Below, piece after piece: positions 35,212 through 45,861 of a stretch of 64,000 nt of DNA. Both the position numbers and the translations under genes were made by a program. The notes beneath the pieces were generated by a model. It was not told where the DNA came from. It saw only the letters and a program-made list of their open reading frames with translations, and made no database searches. Origin of the DNA: Salinivirgaceae bacterium (lineage in GTDB: Bacteria; Bacteroidota; Bacteroidia; Bacteroidales; SZUA-534); NCBI GenBank assembly GCA_017527435.1, contig JAFXQB010000006.1, positions 106,982 to 170,981 on the forward strand, read 5' to 3'. Position 1 is the stretch's first letter. The number at the start of each line of letters is the position of its first letter.

Positions 35212-35219
35212 CAAAGGTA
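35212..35219 (-). promoter_or_regulatory. '-7' box TACCTTTG for ilvE
   Basis: A perfect TAnnTTTG on the minus strand lies 27 nt upstream of the ATG at 35184. Confidence 0.4.
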
Positions 35220-35349
35220 GAAATTTTGGCAATAGTGTCACACAAAAAGTTCGGCAAAATGCCGCTTTCCATTTCAAATGCTTGCTTAATTGCTAATTCC
35301 TACATTCTAAATCCTAAATAAATATTATCTTGTCCGAAATTTGTCGATA

Positions 35350-36186
35350 ATGCAATACATTGAAACTCAACTAACTTTTAGTCCGGCCATTCCTGAAAAT
35401 CGTGAGATTCTGGCGGCGTTGCTTGCCGAAATAGGGTACGACAGTTTTATGGACACACCAACCGGGTTGTCGGCATATATCCCGGCCGACGCGTTCAGCA
35501 GTGAAGCCGCCGATGCCGCTATTGAGCCGGTCAGGCCGCTATTTGAGCAGTTGACGGTTGAGAGCAAGCCCATGCCCGATGTTGACTGGAACGCCGAGTG
35601 GGAGAAGAGTTTCACGCCGATAACCATCGACAGCCGCTGCCGCATTCGTGCACCGTTTCACGATTACGATGCCGCTTACCAACTCGACATTGTGATTGAG
35701 CCGAAGATGGCTTTTGGCACAGGGCATCATGCCACCACCACGCTGATGATTCGCCAGCTGTTCGATATTGATTTGACTGGCAAAAAAGTGCTCGATATGG
35801 GCTGCGGCACAGGAGTGCTGGCCATTGCAGCACTGAAACTGGGCGCCGGGAGTGCTGTTGCCATCGACATCGACCATTGGTCGGTTGAGAACACGCTGGA
35901 GAACGCTGCCCGCAACAATGTGGCGCTGACTGCTGTTGAGGGCGGTGTTGAGGCAATCAGCGGCACATTCGATATCATTTTGGCCAATATCAACCGCAAC
36001 ATTCTGCTCGACCAGATGCCGACTTACAGCCGTTCGCTTGCTGCCGGTGGCCTGCTCTGTTTGAGCGGCTTCTACGCTGCCGACCTTGACATAATCCGGG
36101 AAAAAGCCAGCCAGTTGGCGTTGCGGTTTGAGAAGGTTTTGGAGCGCGACGAGTGGGTGTCGGCTCGGTTTGTAAAGACAAAATAA
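35350..36186 (+). CDS. prmA: ribosomal protein L11 methyltransferase
   Basis: It has the FGTGHHATT motif and VLDMGCGTGVLAIAA SAM motif I. The first ATG is at 35350. Confidence 0.85.
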   Translation: MQYIETQLTFSPAIPENREILAALLAEIGYDSFMDTPTGLSAYIPADAFSSEAADAAIEPVRPLFEQLTVESKPMPDVDWNAEWEKSFTPITIDSRCRIRAPFHDYDAAYQLDIVIEPKMAFGTGHHATTTLMIRQLFDIDLTGKKVLDMGCGTGVLAIAALKLGAGSAVAIDIDHWSVENTLENAARNNVALTAVEGGVEAISGTFDIILANINRNILLDQMPTYSRSLAAGGLLCLSGFYAADLDIIREKASQLALRFEKVLERDEWVSARFVKTK

Positions 36187-36202
36187 TCACACAATATTGA
36201 AG

Positions 36203-39200
36203 ATGAAAAGATTACTGCTGATAATCGGGTTGTGCGCCACAATGGTTAGCAATGTTTTTGCACAAAACCAAACAACAAAGTTCAGCCCTGATCCATACAA
36301 GTTTATTGACGAGCTGAAGGTTTTTTTCTCGAAATCGGACGCCAACTACGAAAGCGGCAAATTGTTGCTCAAAGAGTTTGAGCCATTCTGGCATGGAGGC
36401 TCGTTCACTGAGGAGCAACAGCAGAAAATCTACGAGCTTACCAATCAGATGGTAGCTCGCCGCGCGCGAAATTTTCCGCATATCTTCAATTATATCAATG
36501 CTTTGCTAGTGTTTTGCCAAAACGAGATGACGCAGCAGGGCAACTACAAGGAGTGGTGCGACGGTCTTAACACCATTGTTTATGACAAATCTATGAAACT
36601 CAATGATATAGACAAATATGTAGTGAGTATCATCTATATGTTGCGCGACAAGGCCATCTATCAGCAGGGCAGTATGCGGTGGGTCAGCAGCAACAGCCAT
36701 TTCGAGATCAACAAAATCAACGACACGGTCTGCTATTATTTTAACAGCCTTGATCTTAAGTGCATTGTGCGCAAAGACAGTATTGTAATTTACGACACCA
36801 AGGGCATCTACAATCCCATCTCGAACCGGTGGAAGGGCGGACAGGCTACGGTTTATTGGGAGAACGCCGGAATATCGCGCGACACGTCGTGGGCCGAAAT
36901 CGACTCATACTCGATTCTGCTCAACAAGTCGTCATACTCAATTAAAAACGTGATTTTCTATCACTTGGGTTATTTTGGCTATCCGCTTGAAGGTACACTA
37001 ACTGACAAGGTGATGGAGACAAACAAATCGGGAAAATCGTCGTACCCACAATTCCGAAGCAATGAGAAAACATTTGATATTGAGGGTCTTTTCACTGATA
37101 TCAATTACAATGGCGGTTTCACAATTATGGGTGACAAGGTGGCCGGAACAGGCACTAGCGCCGAACCTGCCACGGTCTCAATCTATCGCGATGTGGAATA
37201 TGTGAACGAGAAGGGCGACACACTGCTCAAAAAGCAGCTCTTCCTTGAAGTCAAATCGGAGTATTTCGGCATCCGCAAGAACGCCATCACATCGGCCAAC
37301 GCCAAAATCCGCATGAACATCGGAAACGATTCAATCTACCATCCGGGCCTGCAGTTCAAATATGCCGATGCCAACAGAGAGATCAGCCTGATTCGTGACA
37401 ACAGTCCGGAGAACCTGTCGCGAAGCCCGTATTACGACTCATACCACAATATGGAAATGAACTTTGGTTTGTTGAGTTGGAAGATGGACGATTCTAAAAT
37501 CTACTTTACCAATATTTTGGGTAGTAGTATTAGTATGGCAACCTTTGAGTCGGAAAACTATTTCAGCGCCGAGCGCTATTATGAGGACCAGGGACTCGAG
37601 GATGTTCACCCCTACCTGCTTCTGCGCAGCTATGCCCGCAAATATGGCACCGATGTGTTTGACGCCGATGAATTCTCGCGCCACATCAGAATGAGTCTGA
37701 CGGTGACAAAGCGTTTGCTTATAAGCTTGACATACAAAGGTATAGTTGACTATGATACGAAAACCGAAATCTGCCGAATCAAGCCGAAACTCTACCGTTA
37801 TCTCGACTGCATTGTTGAGAAAATCGATTATGACCTTATCCGTTTTGAGTCGCAGACCACCATGGGCGCGACCAACGCCGTGCTTAACTTGAAAAATATG
37901 GATTTGGCCATTCAGGGCGTTCCGGTGGTGAACGTGAGCGAACGGCAGAATGTGATGTTCTATCCGAAAAACGAGGAAATTCTGGTCAAGAAGGATATGA
38001 GTTTCGATTTTGGCGGCCGTATTGACGCCGGTTTGTTCACCTTCCACGGAACCAATTTCAATTTCAACTACAACGATTTTATGGTTGAGCTGAACCACGT
38101 CGACTCACTGAACATTCGCGTAAAAGCTGGCTGGGACGAGCAGGGACGGCAGTTGCTGGCCAATGTGCAGAGCACCATCGAAAGTATTACCGGAAAACTG
38201 AAAATCGACGAGCCCGACAACAAATCGGGTCGCAAGAACTTGCTGCAGTACCCGATTTTTGCCAGTGAGAAAGACTCTTACGTTTATTACGACGATCCCG
38301 ACATCCAGGATGGCAAGTACACGCGCGATACATTCTATTTCCAGGTTTATCCTTATACCATCGACAGTTTGAACAGTTTTTCGACCGAAGGTATGGGATT
38401 CGAGGGTGAGCTGCACTCTGCCGACATTTTCCCAGTCATCAAGCAGAAGCTTGTGCTTCAGGAGGATAACTCGCTGGGTTTTGTTGAGCAGACACCAAAT
38501 AACGGATATCCGGTCTACCGCGGCACAGGCCGCTTCAACAATAGCTTGTGGCTGAGTAATATGGGCTTGCGCGGCAATGGCGAGATTGACTATTCCGATG
38601 CCCGTATGATGTCAAACGATTTCATCTTCTTCCCCGACTCGACCAACGGCGTCACTTCGGCGCTGAACATTGCTGAGCAGAAGGGTGTGCACACCGATGT
38701 GATTGGCACAAAGGTTTACGCTCACTGGGAACCCTATAAAGACGTGCTGGCGATGAAAGACCTGGGGCAACCCTTGCGAATGTATGACGGCGAGGTAGCC
38801 TTCAGCGGAAAACTCAACTACCACTCGAAATCGATGGACGGCAGCGGAAAAGTTGAGCTTTACGATGCGCGGCTTACATCGGCGCGCTTCGATTTCAAGC
38901 ATACAACATTCAACAGCCAGAATGCAAAATTCGAGCTGAACTCTGCTTTGTCGGACAATCTGGCATTGGCTACCGAGAATGTGGGGGTTGATGTTAATAT
39001 GACCACCAAACTGGCAACCTTCAAATCGAACTTCGGCAACGGCCGCATCGACTTCCCCGAAAACCTGTACGCCGCTTGGATAGAGCAGTTCTCGTGGAAG
39101 ATGATAGAGAAGAAGTTGCAGTTCGCTTCGAGCGGTGCGACTCAGCAGTTTGTGAACGGTCATGTGCGCCGGGTTGAGCCTAATGCCGCGAAGGATGTGC

Positions 39201-40885
39201 CCAAGGGCTCGCTGTTCCTATCGGTTCACAAGGGACAGGATTCACTCAACTGGGTTTCGCCGGTGGCTGATTTTGACCTGAAAACCAACGTTATAGCAGC
39301 TCATAAAGTTGACTTGGTAGCGGTGGCCGACGCTCACATTTTCCCGGCTAACGGCGAGGTGACGGTGATGCCGGTGGCCAAGCTGAAGACTTTGACTGGC
39401 GCCAAACTGCTGGCCAACACTGAAACCAAATACCACAATTTCAAGGATGTTTCGGTCGACATTATGTCGCGTAAGCAATACTATGGCCACGGTGACTACA
39501 CTTACACCGAGTCGGACGGAACGGTTGAGTACATCAGCTTCGACCCGATTGCTGTCGATTCAACAGGGCAGACTTACGCCAACGGCAAAATCCGATTAGA
39601 GGAGGATTTCAGCCTGTCGCCATACTTCAGTTATCAGGGCCAAGTGAAGATGGAAGCCCGCAACCCGCTGCTGCGTTTCATCGGCTCGACCAAGATGCAC
39701 CACGGCTGCAGCATTGGTGAAAGCTGGGTTAAGTTCAACGACGAAATCGATCCGAAAGATGTCTATATCCCGATTGACGATCAGCCGATGAGTCAAGGCG
39801 ACGAGTTCCTGGTTTCGGGCGGAATGATGGCTACCGATTCTGTCCACATCTACCCGGCATTCCTGACACCGCGCAAACTCTACAGCAACGTGCCGGTGGC
39901 CACAGCAACGGGCTATCTGCACTACAACGCTAAAAACAACGCCTACGAAATCAGCACCAAAGAGCGTATGGCTCAGCCTGACAGCTTGGATAATTATCTG
40001 TGCATCAACAAGAACGGTTGCACCATCAATTCCGATGGCGACATCAATCTGGTGGCCAATCTGGGACGTGTGAAGCTGGTGAACAAAGGCACAACGGTTT
40101 ACGACATTGATGCCGATAAGTACACACTCGACATGATCACAACGCTGAACTTCTTTATCCCGGCTGAGGCTATGAAACTGATTTCGGATACCATCAAGGC
40201 CATTCAGACACTGGGCGCGGCAAGTTTGATAAGCGACACTTACACGCGCGGCGTTCGCTCAATTCTGGGTTCGGCGGCAGCCAAAAAGATGTTCAACGAG
40301 CAGCGCATTTTTGGCACACTCAACGTGATTCCGCCCGAGCTGAACACCACGTTCATGTTCTCGGAACTGCATATGACATGGAACAAGAAGGTGAATTGCT
40401 GGCAGAGCACCGGTGAGCTCGGCATTGCCAACCTGAACGGTGCGCAGTTGAACAAGAAGGTGAAGGGTGTGCTTGAGGTTGAACGCAAACGCAGTGGCGA
40501 CGGACTGACTCTCTATCTCGAAATCACACCCGACTTGTGGTACTTCTTCTCTTACAAGCGCGGATTTATGCAGGTGTTGAGTTCCGACAAACGGTTCAAC
40601 GACATCATCCACTCAATCAAGGGTGGCGACCGAAAGGCACCGGCACAGAAGGGCGAGGCGTCGTATATGTTCATGATGGCCGAAAACAAGAAGAAAAACG
40701 ACTTCATGAAACACTTACAAGGTCTGGCAGTTGACGAGGACGATCAGATTGTCGACGAAGACGGAAATGTGTATGTTCCTGACGATGATGTTGAGGGCGA
40801 TGAGCAGGAAACCGAAAGCGACAGTGAAAACACTAGTGAAAGTGAACAAACAGAAAACGAAACAGATACAGAAAATGCAGAATAA
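36203..40885 (+). CDS. large (1560 aa) secreted hypothetical protein with a polyacidic C-terminal tail
   Basis: The signal peptide is MKRLLLIIGLCATMVSNVFAQ. I recognised no catalytic motif. The last ~55 aa are Asp/Glu/Thr/Ser-rich (DEDDQIVDEDGNVYVPDDDVEGDEQETESDSENTSESEQTENETDTENAE). Confidence 0.7.
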   Translation: MKRLLLIIGLCATMVSNVFAQNQTTKFSPDPYKFIDELKVFFSKSDANYESGKLLLKEFEPFWHGGSFTEEQQQKIYELTNQMVARRARNFPHIFNYINALLVFCQNEMTQQGNYKEWCDGLNTIVYDKSMKLNDIDKYVVSIIYMLRDKAIYQQGSMRWVSSNSHFEINKINDTVCYYFNSLDLKCIVRKDSIVIYDTKGIYNPISNRWKGGQATVYWENAGISRDTSWAEIDSYSILLNKSSYSIKNVIFYHLGYFGYPLEGTLTDKVMETNKSGKSSYPQFRSNEKTFDIEGLFTDINYNGGFTIMGDKVAGTGTSAEPATVSIYRDVEYVNEKGDTLLKKQLFLEVKSEYFGIRKNAITSANAKIRMNIGNDSIYHPGLQFKYADANREISLIRDNSPENLSRSPYYDSYHNMEMNFGLLSWKMDDSKIYFTNILGSSISMATFESENYFSAERYYEDQGLEDVHPYLLLRSYARKYGTDVFDADEFSRHIRMSLTVTKRLLISLTYKGIVDYDTKTEICRIKPKLYRYLDCIVEKIDYDLIRFESQTTMGATNAVLNLKNMDLAIQGVPVVNVSERQNVMFYPKNEEILVKKDMSFDFGGRIDAGLFTFHGTNFNFNYNDFMVELNHVDSLNIRVKAGWDEQGRQLLANVQSTIESITGKLKIDEPDNKSGRKNLLQYPIFASEKDSYVYYDDPDIQDGKYTRDTFYFQVYPYTIDSLNSFSTEGMGFEGELHSADIFPVIKQKLVLQEDNSLGFVEQTPNNGYPVYRGTGRFNNSLWLSNMGLRGNGEIDYSDARMMSNDFIFFPDSTNGVTSALNIAEQKGVHTDVIGTKVYAHWEPYKDVLAMKDLGQPLRMYDGEVAFSGKLNYHSKSMDGSGKVELYDARLTSARFDFKHTTFNSQNAKFELNSALSDNLALATENVGVDVNMTTKLATFKSNFGNGRIDFPENLYAAWIEQFSWKMIEKKLQFASSGATQQFVNGHVRRVEPNAAKDVPKGSLFLSVHKGQDSLNWVSPVADFDLKTNVIAAHKVDLVAVADAHIFPANGEVTVMPVAKLKTLTGAKLLANTETKYHNFKDVSVDIMSRKQYYGHGDYTYTESDGTVEYISFDPIAVDSTGQTYANGKIRLEEDFSLSPYFSYQGQVKMEARNPLLRFIGSTKMHHGCSIGESWVKFNDEIDPKDVYIPIDDQPMSQGDEFLVSGGMMATDSVHIYPAFLTPRKLYSNVPVATATGYLHYNAKNNAYEISTKERMAQPDSLDNYLCINKNGCTINSDGDINLVANLGRVKLVNKGTTVYDIDADKYTLDMITTLNFFIPAEAMKLISDTIKAIQTLGAASLISDTYTRGVRSILGSAAAKKMFNEQRIFGTLNVIPPELNTTFMFSELHMTWNKKVNCWQSTGELGIANLNGAQLNKKVKGVLEVERKRSGDGLTLYLEITPDLWYFFSYKRGFMQVLSSDKRFNDIIHSIKGGDRKAPAQKGEASYMFMMAENKKKNDFMKHLQGLAVDEDDQIVDEDGNVYVPDDDVEGDEQETESDSENTSESEQTENETDTENAE

Positions 40886-41954
40886 ATTCAAACGGATTGC
40901 CATAAAGATTGGCAGCAACGTTTTGGCGCAGGCCGACGGCTCGCTCAACACGGCGCGTATCACAAATTTAGTTGAGCAGATTGTGACGTTGCAGAAATCG
41001 GGCACCGAAGTTATTGTAGTGTCATCGGGTGCCGTGGCTGCAGGACGCGGCAGTGTGGCGGTGTCGAAGAAAACAGATCTTGTAGCCGCAAAGCAACTTT
41101 GGGCAGCGGTGGGACAGGTGAAACTGATGTCGCTCTATACGCAACTTTTTAGCGAACAAGGACTTGTGTGTGCCCAAGTGCTCACCACCAAAGAAAATTT
41201 CGGCGACCGCCGCCACTATCTGAACATGAAAAACTGCATCACCACAATGCTTGAAAACAAGGTGATACCAATTGTGAATGAGAACGATACGATTTCGGTC
41301 ACCGAGCTGATGTTTACCGATAACGACGAACTTTCGGGGTTGATTGCATCGATGATGAACTGTGACTCGCTCTTCATTCTGTCGAATATTGACGGTGTTT
41401 TTACCGGTGCCCCCGACCAACCCGATTCAAAACTTATCCGAAAGATTGACACAGGATTTGCATCGCTTCAGAAATACATTGCCCCGACAAAATCGGGCTT
41501 CGGACGCGGCGGAATGCTCACCAAATGCTCAATTGCCGCCAAAATCGCTGGCGAAGGCATCAATGTGTTCATCGCCAACGGTACCCGCGATAATGTTCTG
41601 CTCGACATTGTAAACAACCGTCTGCAGGATTTCACCCACTTCATGCCGCATAGCAAGACCACTAGCGTTAAGAAATGGCTTGCTCATTCGCAGTCGTTTG
41701 CTAAAGGTTATGTGACTGTCAACCAAGGCGCGATGGACGCTCTGACCGGAGAGAAGGCCACCAGCTTGCTGTTTATCGGCATCACCGGCGTTGAAGGCAC
41801 GTTTGAAAAGGGCGATATTGTCGGCATTTATGGTCCGGATGGCCAGCAGCTTGGCATAGGTCGTGCCATGTACGACTCACAAACAGTGGCCGAATGTATG
41901 GGCAAAAAACAAAACCGCCCGTTCGTGCATTATGATTATTTGGTGCTGGATTAG
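40874..41954 (+). CDS. proB: glutamate 5-kinase with a PUA domain
   Basis: MQNKFKRIAIKIGSNVL...VVSSGAVAAG...VNENDT shows amino-acid kinase motifs. The start overlaps the upstream gene's last 12 nt. Confidence 0.9.
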
Positions 41955-42856
41955 CCTTCCTTCGCTTTGCTTCGGTTCACCACGCCAACGCCAACAAAAA
42001 CCAGTGCGGCAGCCAGAACCTTGCCAACAGTGAGAGTGTCCATGCCGACGCATACGCTCACAATAGCGGCAATAATCGGCTGCAGATAACTGTACATTCC
42101 CACCAGCGTGGGGCGCAGCCGTTTCTGTCCGTAGGGAATCAGGAAATAAGAGACAAACGTGGCAAAAACAACCAGAAACCCAAGGTCGAGAATGAGTTTG
42201 GGCTCGAAACTAAAGTATTCGGCCGATAACAGCCCCGACGCACCAAACGGCAGCGACGCAATCATTGAGAAGGTGAACATCCACTTCATGAAAGTCACCA
42301 CATTGTACCGCGATATGAGCGGCCGGAAAATGCCAAGATAAAGAGCGAAAAACAGTCCGTTCAGAAACATCAGTCCAATGCCGGCCGGTGTCGATTTGCT
42401 CACTGCACCCGCATCGTAAACAGAATTGAATATCAAAAACATAACCCCCGAGAAGCTAATCATCACGCCGGCAACTTTTTTCAGCGTTATAGGCTCTTTA
42501 ATGAAGATGGCCGACACAAACATTGTCATAATTGGTGTCATGGTGGCCACAATGGTGGCGTCCATGGGGGTGGTGATGGTGATGGCTTTCAAGAACGAAA
42601 TCTGCGTTAGGAAAAGACCAAGCATCGACGCGATGAAGATTCCGCCAAGGTCGCGCAGGGGCACTTTTTCCTTTGGTGTGAACGCCGATAGCAACCAGAA
42701 CAAAGCCGCAGCGCCAATCGAGCGTATGCAGAACAATGTGATGGGTGACAATTGTCCGAAATTAGCAATGTCTTTGCACACAATAGTGTTCAGACCGAAG
42801 ATTAAATAGGCTGTGAACGAAGCCAAATGTCCGAGAATCAGGTCTTTGCTTTTCAT
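41951..42856 (-). CDS. DMT superfamily (EamA-like) transporter
   Basis: It has about 10 hydrophobic helices in two EamA-like halves. I prefer the start MKSKDLILGHLASF at 42856. Confidence 0.8.
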   Translation of the reverse strand: MKSKDLILGHLASFTAYLIFGLNTIVCKDIANFGQLSPITLFCIRSIGAAALFWLLSAFTPKEKVPLRDLGGIFIASMLGLFLTQISFLKAITITTPMDATIVATMTPIMTMFVSAIFIKEPITLKKVAGVMISFSGVMFLIFNSVYDAGAVSKSTPAGIGLMFLNGLFFALYLGIFRPLISRYNVVTFMKWMFTFSMIASLPFGASGLLSAEYFSFEPKLILDLGFLVVFATFVSYFLIPYGQKRLRPTLVGMYSYLQPIIAAIVSVCVGMDTLTVGKVLAAALVFVGVGVVNRSKAKEG

Positions 42857-42887
42857 AACAATTGTTCGGATGTTTTTTTCGGCGATG

Positions 42888-44255
42888 TCAACCATTGCCA
42901 AACGCAGCCACAATCACCTGCTCAATCTTATCCACAAAACGGATTTCGATGCCGTATTTCGACGCTTGGATGTTCTTCTGCTGATTAGGTACGAAAATGC
43001 GCTTGTAGCCAAGTTTGTCGGCTTCGGCAATACGCTGCTCAATGCGTGCCGTGGGGCGGATTTCGCCCGAAAGTCCCACTTCGCCCGCAAAGCAGTCGCC
43101 CTGACGAAGCGGTCGGTCAACATCCGATGAGAGAATGGCGCAGATGACCGCCAAATCGAGTGCCGGGTCAATGACCTTCAGACCACCGGCAAGGTTCAGA
43201 AAAACGTCTTTGGTGGCCAGTTTGAAACTTGCGCGTTTCTCGAGCACGGCCAACAGCATGTTCAGTCGCCGTGAGTCGAAACCCGTTGTCGAGCGCTGCG
43301 GTGTGCTATAGACGGCGGTGCTCACAAGTGCCTGAACTTCAACCATAAACGGGCGCACACCTTCAAGCGTTGCTGCTGTTGAAACGCCGCTGTACTGCTC
43401 GCGGTGGGTGCCGAGCAGAAATTCCGAAGGATTGGCAACTTCCTGCAACCCTTCTTCGCCCATCTCAAAAATGCCGATTTCCGATGTCGAGCCGAATCGG
43501 TTCTTGTGGGCGCGTAAAATTCTGTAAAAGAAATGGTTGTCGCCTTCGAACTGCAGAACCGTATCAACCACGTGCTCAAGCACTTTTGGTCCGGCCAGCG
43601 AACCGTCTTTGGTGATGTGGCCAACTATGATTACTGGTGTCGATGTCTCTTTAGCAAACTGCTGCAGTTGCGATGCGCTTTCGCGAATCTGCGAAACCGT
43701 GCCTGGCGACGACTCAATGTAGTCGGTGCGTAGGGTTTGAATTGAATCAACAATCAGCAGGTCGGGTTTGAGCGTACGAGCTTGAGAAATAATGTTTTCA
43801 CACGATATTTCGGCCAGAAAATAGATGTTCTCGTCGTGAACTTTGAGCCGAGTGGCGCGCATTTTGATTTGCTCGGCGCTCTCTTCGCCCGAGACGTAGA
43901 GCACCGTGCCATTGAATTTGCCGGCAACCTGCAATAGCAGAGTCGATTTGCCGATGCCAGGTTCGCCGCCAAACAGCACCACAACGCCCGGAACCAGTCC
44001 GCCGCCAAGCACGCGGTCGAACTCGGAACTCTGCGTTGAGCGCCGCTGCTGACGGTTCTCAACAATGTCTTTTATCAGTATGGGTGATGAGCCGATGGCT
44101 GCCCTGCCAACCGTTGCAGCTGCTTTTGTGCTCTGAACTTGCTGAACTTCTTCGTTGTAGGTGTTCCACTCGCCACACGACGGGCAGCGTCCAATCCATG
44201 TCGACGACGACGCGCCGCAGTTGCTGCAGACGTAAGTGGTTTTCAGTTTAGGCAT
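42888..44255 (-). CDS. radA: DNA repair protein RadA/Sms
   Basis: It has the zinc finger CSNCGASSSTWIGRCPSCGEW, Walker A GGEPGIGKST, the KNRFG motif and a Lon-like C-terminal domain. Confidence 0.95.
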   Translation of the reverse strand: MPKLKTTYVCSNCGASSSTWIGRCPSCGEWNTYNEEVQQVQSTKAAATVGRAAIGSSPILIKDIVENRQQRRSTQSSEFDRVLGGGLVPGVVVLFGGEPGIGKSTLLLQVAGKFNGTVLYVSGEESAEQIKMRATRLKVHDENIYFLAEISCENIISQARTLKPDLLIVDSIQTLRTDYIESSPGTVSQIRESASQLQQFAKETSTPVIIVGHITKDGSLAGPKVLEHVVDTVLQFEGDNHFFYRILRAHKNRFGSTSEIGIFEMGEEGLQEVANPSEFLLGTHREQYSGVSTAATLEGVRPFMVEVQALVSTAVYSTPQRSTTGFDSRRLNMLLAVLEKRASFKLATKDVFLNLAGGLKVIDPALDLAVICAILSSDVDRPLRQGDCFAGEVGLSGEIRPTARIEQRIAEADKLGYKRIFVPNQQKNIQASKYGIEIRFVDKIEQVIVAAFGNG

Positions 44256-44258
44256 CGG

Positions 44259-44876
44259 TTATTTTTTCTGCTTAACCTTGACAAGCTCTATACGCAGGTA
44301 AGCGCCGCCCTTTTCACCATTCGGGTCTTTCCGACGCACAATTTTCAGCCGCTTGTTTTTCTTGATTTCGTCCATCCAGTATTTTCCGCAGATGCTCTTG
44401 CTTCCCGGAACGTAATGGGCGTCAGATTCAAGGTCGGGCATAAGAATATTGATGATTTTGCCGTCGGTGTTGTAAGAGTACGTTGCAAAGCTTAAAGTAT
44501 CGCCAATTTTCAAGCCGCGGCGCATAGTGCCTTTGCGAGCTTTCAATGCAGCTGCCACTGCCGATTCGTCTTGATTGTCAGCATTGTCGACTGATGAATC
44601 ATCCTGGTTGTCAGTATTGTCGTCAGATGAATCTGTTTGGTCGTCGGTGGTTGTCGGTTTCGGTTTCAAACCTGTCGAGTCGACGGTTGAAAGGGTGTAA
44701 ATCTCAAGAAGATCGCCAGCGTAAAATGTCCAGTATGTTTCTGACACAGCCGAGTCAGGGTCGGTAAACGGCACCTGCTTCCAGTATCCGATGAGTTTAT
44801 CCTGACGGTTAATCTTGCAATTTGCAAAGCACATTGCAATGACGATGAACGGTAGAATTATGCTTAACTTTTTCAT
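44259..44876 (-). CDS. hypothetical lipoprotein with an acidic low-complexity insert
   Basis: MKKLSIILPFIVIAMCFANC carries a lipobox. The central insert is TTTDDQTDSSDDNTDNQDDSSVDNADNQDES. Confidence 0.6.
   Translation of the reverse strand: MKKLSIILPFIVIAMCFANCKINRQDKLIGYWKQVPFTDPDSAVSETYWTFYAGDLLEIYTLSTVDSTGLKPKPTTTDDQTDSSDDNTDNQDDSSVDNADNQDESAVAAALKARKGTMRRGLKIGDTLSFATYSYNTDGKIINILMPDLESDAHYVPGSKSICGKYWMDEIKKNKRLKIVRRKDPNGEKGGAYLRIELVKVKQKK
44574..44639 (-). repeat. imperfect 33-nt tandem duplication encoding an 11-aa acidic unit
   Basis: TTGTCAGCATTGTCGACTGATGAATC... and TTGTCAGTATTGTCGTCAGATGAATC... are adjacent copies on the plus strand. Confidence 0.7.
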
Positions 44877-44937
44877 ATTAAGAGTTTTTTGCAAACCGCT
44901 AAAAGTACCAATTAATTGTTAAGGTGAAAAAATTTTT

Positions 44938-45426
44938 TTACAGACAGCTCTTTTTAATTGTCGAAGTGGTTGAATAACCATCGACAAACGGCAGAGTGAG
45001 CACCTGTCCGCCGCGTGCCGTAACAATGTCGTAGCCCACAATATCTTCAACGCGGTAGTCGCCGCCTTTGACCAGAATGTCGGGCTGCACCTGCATGATC
45101 AGATTCCGCGGGGTGTCGTCGGAAAAGAGCGCCACGGCATCGACAAATCCGAAAGCCGAAAGCACAATGGCCCTGGCCTGCTCATCGTTGACTGGGCGTG
45201 TCGGGCCTTTGAGCCGGCGCACAGAGTCGTCGGTGTTGAGTCCTACGATGAGTTTTGTGCCCAGATCGGCGGCTTTGGCCAGATATTCAGCATGACCACA
45301 GTGAATAATGTCGAAGCAGCCGTTGGTGAACACTATCGTTTCATTGTCGGAATGCCATTTGGCGATGGTGTCGGCAAGCCGTTGGCCGGTCAGCAGTTTC
45401 GATGTCAGAGTGCTGAAATGGCTCAT
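44938..45426 (-). CDS. D-glycero-beta-D-manno-heptose 1-phosphate adenylyltransferase-like cytidylyltransferase (RfaE domain II type)
   Basis: [17 protein letters not shown] is the HxGH nucleotidyltransferase motif. Length is 162 aa. The start overlaps the panD stop as ATGA. Confidence 0.8.
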   Translation of the reverse strand: MSHFSTLTSKLLTGQRLADTIAKWHSDNETIVFTNGCFDIIHCGHAEYLAKAADLGTKLIVGLNTDDSVRRLKGPTRPVNDEQARAIVLSAFGFVDAVALFSDDTPRNLIMQVQPDILVKGGDYRVEDIVGYDIVTARGGQVLTLPFVDGYSTTSTIKKSCL

Positions 45427-45776
45427 TTGACAAGCATGTTGGTTGCTGTGTCGGGGAAGATGAATGTGGGTTTGAAAGTTTTGGCTTCTTCAAAGTCAAT
45501 TTGTGCGTATGAGATTATTACAACCACATCGCCCACAACAGCCTTGCGTGCGGCCGGACCGTTAAGGCAGATGCATCCCGACCCGCGTTTTCCTTTGATG
45601 ATGTAGGTCTCGAGCCGTTCGCCATTGTTTGCGTTAACAACCTGAACCTTTTCGTTCTCAATCATATTGGCGGCGTCAAGCAAATCTTCGTCGATGGTTA
45701 TGCTGCCAACGTACTGAAGGTTTGCTTCGGTTACCGTAACCTTGTGAATCTTCGACTTAACAACTTCGATTGTCAT
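45423..45776 (-). CDS. panD: aspartate 1-decarboxylase
   Basis: [33 protein letters not shown] contains the G-S self-processing site within the YVGSITID context. Length is 117 aa. Confidence 0.9.
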   Translation of the reverse strand: MTIEVVKSKIHKVTVTEANLQYVGSITIDEDLLDAANMIENEKVQVVNANNGERLETYIIKGKRGSGCICLNGPAARKAVVGDVVVIISYAQIDFEEAKTFKPTFIFPDTATNMLVK

Positions 45777-45801
45777 CTCATTGCGATTGTTTAAACGGGC
45801 A

Positions 45802-45809
45802 CAAAGGTA
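45802..45809 (-). promoter_or_regulatory. '-7' box TACCTTTG for panD
   Basis: A perfect TAnnTTTG on the minus strand lies 25 nt upstream of the ATG at 45776. Confidence 0.4.
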
Positions 45810-45861
45810 GTAAAATAACAATAATAATTACCTTGAAGTTTTTTACTCTTAAAGTGTGTGG

